This document shows, one piece after another, positions 61,097-64,000 of a DNA stretch of 64,000 nt. Source of the stretch: Candidatus Saccharimonadales bacterium. GTDB lineage: Bacteria > Patescibacteriota > Saccharimonadia > Saccharimonadales > EFPC-124. The first letter of the stretch is position 1. Every line of letters begins with the position of its first letter. The notes under the pieces are model-generated. The model searched no databases. It was not told the origin of the DNA and saw nothing but the letters and a program-made list of their open reading frames with translations. Where the stretch lies: assembly GCA_035280845.1 (NCBI GenBank), contig DATEFB010000007.1:5778-69777 (forward strand), in the 5' to 3' direction. The translations under genes were made by a program, and so were the position numbers.

Positions 61097-61768
61097 ATGC
61101 CAAAACTTAGCATTACTACCAAGCCGCTGTCTCCGCTTGCAATTAACCTGGCGCGCGTCTCGGCAGCGAGCGCGGCATTATTCTTGGTTCTGTTCGCCCT
61201 GCTTCATGTTCTTAAGCCGGAGATCGACCCATCGTGGCGATTCATTAGCGAGTACCAACTTGGCCAATACGGCTGGATGATGCACCTTGCATTTTGGTCG
61301 CTTGCTGTTAGTTCGGCTTCGCTTTGGTTTGCAGTCAAGTCGCAAATTCGAACCATCGGTGGGTATATCGGCCTCTTCTTCCTGTTCGTGGCCACGATTG
61401 GTTTTGTGCTGGCCGCCGCCAATACTACTGATCCTATTACGGCTACGGTTGGGACCGACGCTGGCCGGATCCACAGTACCGGTGCGCTGCTCGCCAGTAA
61501 TGTAACCGGCGCCATCTTCTTTCTGTCTTGGAGTCTGGCACGCAATAAAGGCTGGGCCAAGATTCGCACATCACTGTGGTGGGTTGCCGCGATCGGTATT
61601 TTGACCAACCTCGCCTCGTTTTGGATGCAGGGCATTATGGCCCAGCACCAGAACGTCTTTGGTCCCGACACTCCGATTGGTTTGCCAAACCACCTGCTGA
61701 TCATTGGCCTGGCTGGCTGTCTTTTGGTCATGGCGTCACGTATTATCACGGCGCCAAAGCACCAGTAA
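61097..61768 (+). CDS. Polytopic membrane protein (DUF998-like)
   Basis: 223 aa, 6 helices. 'LHVLKPEIDPSWRFISEYQLGQYGWMM' resembles DUF998. Confidence 0.5.
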   Translation: MPKLSITTKPLSPLAINLARVSAASAALFLVLFALLHVLKPEIDPSWRFISEYQLGQYGWMMHLAFWSLAVSSASLWFAVKSQIRTIGGYIGLFFLFVATIGFVLAAANTTDPITATVGTDAGRIHSTGALLASNVTGAIFFLSWSLARNKGWAKIRTSLWWVAAIGILTNLASFWMQGIMAQHQNVFGPDTPIGLPNHLLIIGLAGCLLVMASRIITAPKHQ

Positions 61769-61829
61769 GTTAACAGGTGTCATCTTGTGGTATAGTAAAT
61801 TCGCCCATCGACGCCACTAGGAGGCGAAC

Positions 61830-62300
61830 GTGTTGGAGAGTACATTGCCCGGAGTGTGGCACATCCAAGGCACTCACGAGAACATGCGGCTGGCGTTCCA
61901 CGACAACCGCACCTGGTACCTGGGCGGAACAAAAAGCCCGGCAATGAGTGGTACCTGGGAGACGACCTATGCTGGAGTGACGATGCGCGCGACGCAGGTC
62001 GGCTCTGCTGCTGGGCGTGGGCTTGCCATTGCGGCCGCCGGTCTGGTGCTCGGCCTGTCACTGGGCACTGCGGTGGTTGTTGCGCCTGCGGTGATCGCGG
62101 GCATCGTGGCATCGAACGCCCAGCGGGAGGGGAATCCTGGCCCCTTCGCCACGTTTGGCCGGTTCGATGTCTTCACTGGCAGGGCTGTGGCGGAGTACCA
62201 GCTCGTGACAGAGTCGCACTACCAGGTCGTCATGCGGTGCGACTTCCGGAACGGCAGTTACTCCGATACTCACCTCGCCACGCTTACCCGCGTGGCCTGA
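61830..62300 (+). CDS. Hypothetical protein with a central Ala/Gly/Val-rich TM hairpin (high-GC cassette G)
   Basis: GTG start with AGGAGG 5 nt upstream. 156 aa. 'GLAIAAAGLVLGLSLGTAVVVAPAVIAGIVA'. Followed by a 12-bp hairpin plus T5. Confidence 0.5.
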   Translation: MLESTLPGVWHIQGTHENMRLAFHDNRTWYLGGTKSPAMSGTWETTYAGVTMRATQVGSAAGRGLAIAAAGLVLGLSLGTAVVVAPAVIAGIVASNAQREGNPGPFATFGRFDVFTGRAVAEYQLVTESHYQVVMRCDFRNGSYSDTHLATLTRVA

Positions 62301-62305
62301 TCAGT

Positions 62306-62351
62306 GGCAAGTGCCGACCCGCGTTATGGGATCGGCACTTGCCCAGTTTTT
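62306..62351 (+). terminator. Intrinsic terminator
   Basis: ggcaagtgccga ... tcggcacttgcc (12 bp perfect) followed by cagTTTTT. Confidence 0.8.
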
Positions 62352-62403
62352 ATTCTGGGCAAAACCTATTTATTGCGCGGCGCTTGTGCATTAAGCTGGT
62401 CGC

Positions 62404-63081
62404 ATGGCGCAAATTCATCACGGCAGGACATCGGACCATCCTTTTATTGACCGGGTATGGGAAACATTTAATATTACCGACGGTGTGTATAGCGCCACCC
62501 CTGATCGTTCGTGGGACCTTATTATGGGCGTAGAGCAGGATGGCACTCGTCATATGATGCTGGCCGGACAGGCGACAAAAGCAGCCAAGGTGCCGTATAG
62601 GTCGGGCACGTATGCAGTTGTTATTTCTTTGACCGCTGGAGCCTACATGCCCCACGCGCCCGGTGACACCTTGCTTGATTCTGCAGAGGTGCTGCAAAAT
62701 ACCGACAACGACCATTTTATGTTAGCGGGCACTGAGTTCTCGTACCCGACCTTCGAGGCGGCGGAGGGCCTTGTCGCGCAGATGGTGGACCTCGGGATTA
62801 TTAAGGGCAATGATGTTGTGACGCAGGCACTCAACGGGCAGCCAAAAGCCATGTCTAAGCGGGCCGCGCAGCGTCATTTTATACGAACCACCGGGATGAC
62901 CCGCAAACAGTTAGAGCAGATCGAGCGAGCGCAGGAAGCGGTGAAGTTATTACAGCAGGGCAAGAAGCCACTCGATGTTGCTGCTGATGCAGGGTATACC
63001 GACCAGTCGCATCTTTCTAAATCGCTCCGCCGGATTATGGATGCTAAGCCGTCTGGTGTGGATGATATCCACAAGCTTTAG
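62404..63081 (+). CDS. AraC family transcriptional regulator
   Basis: C-terminal double HTH 'MSKRAAQRHFIRTTGMTRKQLEQIERAQEAVKLL.....LDVAADAGYTDQSHLSKSLRR'. Confidence 0.7.
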   Translation: MAQIHHGRTSDHPFIDRVWETFNITDGVYSATPDRSWDLIMGVEQDGTRHMMLAGQATKAAKVPYRSGTYAVVISLTAGAYMPHAPGDTLLDSAEVLQNTDNDHFMLAGTEFSYPTFEAAEGLVAQMVDLGIIKGNDVVTQALNGQPKAMSKRAAQRHFIRTTGMTRKQLEQIERAQEAVKLLQQGKKPLDVAADAGYTDQSHLSKSLRRIMDAKPSGVDDIHKL

Positions 63082-63158
63082 AATGTCGTTTTTTTACAAA
63101 ACTTGCCGCACGGCAGTTGGTTAAATACTAGTATCAACAAACAACGAAAGGATCCATC

Positions 63159-63536
63159 ATGGATATGAAATTAGAACTAGTAACCGTTCCCGTTACCGAC
63201 GTAGACCGCGCAAAAAAGTTTTACGTTGAGCAAGTTGGTTTTAATGCCGACCACGACCACCAAGTAAACGAGCACTTGCGCTTTGTGCAGCTGACGCCGC
63301 AGGGCTCTGCCTGTTCAATCGCGATTGGCGAAGGACTAACAACCATGAGGCCAGGCAGCATTGAAGGTTTGCAGGTTGTCGTGAAAGACGCTGCTAAAGT
63401 TCGCGCTGAACTAGTGGCCCGTGGTGTTGACGCCGCCGAAGTAGAAGACTTGCCTTGGGGTATCTTTACCTACTTCCAAGACCCAGACGGTAACCAATGG
63501 TCGGTGCAGCAACTCAAACCTATGGAGGAGGCTTAG
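63159..63536 (+). CDS. VOC (glyoxalase/bleomycin-resistance) family protein
   Basis: 'LELVTVPVTDVDRAKKFYVEQVGF', 'FQDPDGNQWSVQQ'. Confidence 0.8.
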   Translation: MDMKLELVTVPVTDVDRAKKFYVEQVGFNADHDHQVNEHLRFVQLTPQGSACSIAIGEGLTTMRPGSIEGLQVVVKDAAKVRAELVARGVDAAEVEDLPWGIFTYFQDPDGNQWSVQQLKPMEEA

Positions 63537-63643
63537 GCCTCTTTCATGGTGACGGTAGCGAGTTTTTTCGCTCGCTACACTGGTGTCAAACGGTGATATA
63601 CGGTAGAATTCAGTATGATAATCGTAGTGAGTAAGGATTTTGG

Positions 63644-64000
63644 ATGGCCAAAAGTAAATATGTCATTGAAGTAAATGACCTGCGCAAGTCGTATGGTAAA
63701 AACAACGTCCTAAAGGGCGTGGATTTTAAAGTCGAGCGCGGTACGATGCTCGCATTGCTTGGGCCAAACGGCGCCGGCAAAACAACAACGGTGCGTATTT
63801 TGAGTACACTGCTGCCGTTCGACGAGGGAAGTGTGCAAATTGAAGGCTTCGACGTTACATCGCAAGCCGATAGCGTGCGCAGCGTCATTGGGCTGACCGG
63901 CCAGTCTGCGGCCGTAGACGAGCTTCTGACTGGCCGCGAAAACCTGGTAATGATGGGTCGCCTGTACCGGTTGACTCCAGAAAGTGCTAAGGCTCGTGCC
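63644..64000 (+). CDS. ABC transporter ATP-binding protein (DrrA-like), 3' end beyond the window
   Basis: ATG 63644. 'LRKSYGKNNVLKGVDFKVERGTMLALLGPNGAGKTTTVRIL' (Walker A). Open to the window edge, so it is absent from the ORF track. Confidence 0.8.
   Translation, partial: MAKSKYVIEVNDLRKSYGKNNVLKGVDFKVERGTMLALLGPNGAGKTTTVRILSTLLPFDEGSVQIEGFDVTSQADSVRSVIGLTGQSAAVDELLTGRENLVMMGRLYRLTPESAKARA

Noticed and set aside
1-64000. CRISPR arrays, rRNA genes, IS elements/transposases, long direct repeats
   Set aside because: Reading both strands, I found no regularly spaced repeats, no rRNA-like conserved segments and no transposase-like ORFs. A repeat-finder would be needed to exclude short dispersed repeats.

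Overview
This is a gene-dense bacterial chromosomal window of about 80 features with mixed strandedness and a background of roughly 50% G+C by hand-counted samples. No rRNA, CRISPR array or recognisable transposase was seen. Housekeeping content includes ligA, leuS, murF, rnc, nusB, rpsP, rpmF, trmD, htpX/lemA, six tRNAs with encoded CCA, ku-ligD and sodN-sodX. These sit among many small regulators (2x PadR, TrmB, ArsR, AraC, two ECF-type sigma factors) and transporters. The content fits a small-genome, surface-attached organism, possibly Patescibacteria/Saccharibacteria-like, but taxonomy cannot be established from this window. Main hunt results follow. (1) A Streptomyces-type cslA-glxA glycan-deposition locus, with a GH6 hydrolase, a cupredoxin-like protein and an N-terminally extended sigma factor. 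(2) LeuS carries an intact Nudix hydrolase domain inserted after its editing domain, and a Leu-rich mini-ORF plus hairpin lies upstream. (3) At least seven compact cassettes of about 60-70% G+C, mostly one ORF followed by a long GC-rich hairpin, are dropped into the ~50% G+C backbone. Two of them sit antisense inside the rpsP-KH-trmD operon, one encoding a stand-alone RNA polymerase alpha-CTD-like protein. (4) A tRNA-Lys-linked island encodes a pilin-like protein and a secreted CHAP-amidase::beta-propeller-lectin fusion. (5) A tail-fibre/depolymerase-like three-gene operon lies next to tRNA-Leu. All family assignments come from motif recognition by eye, with no database search run.
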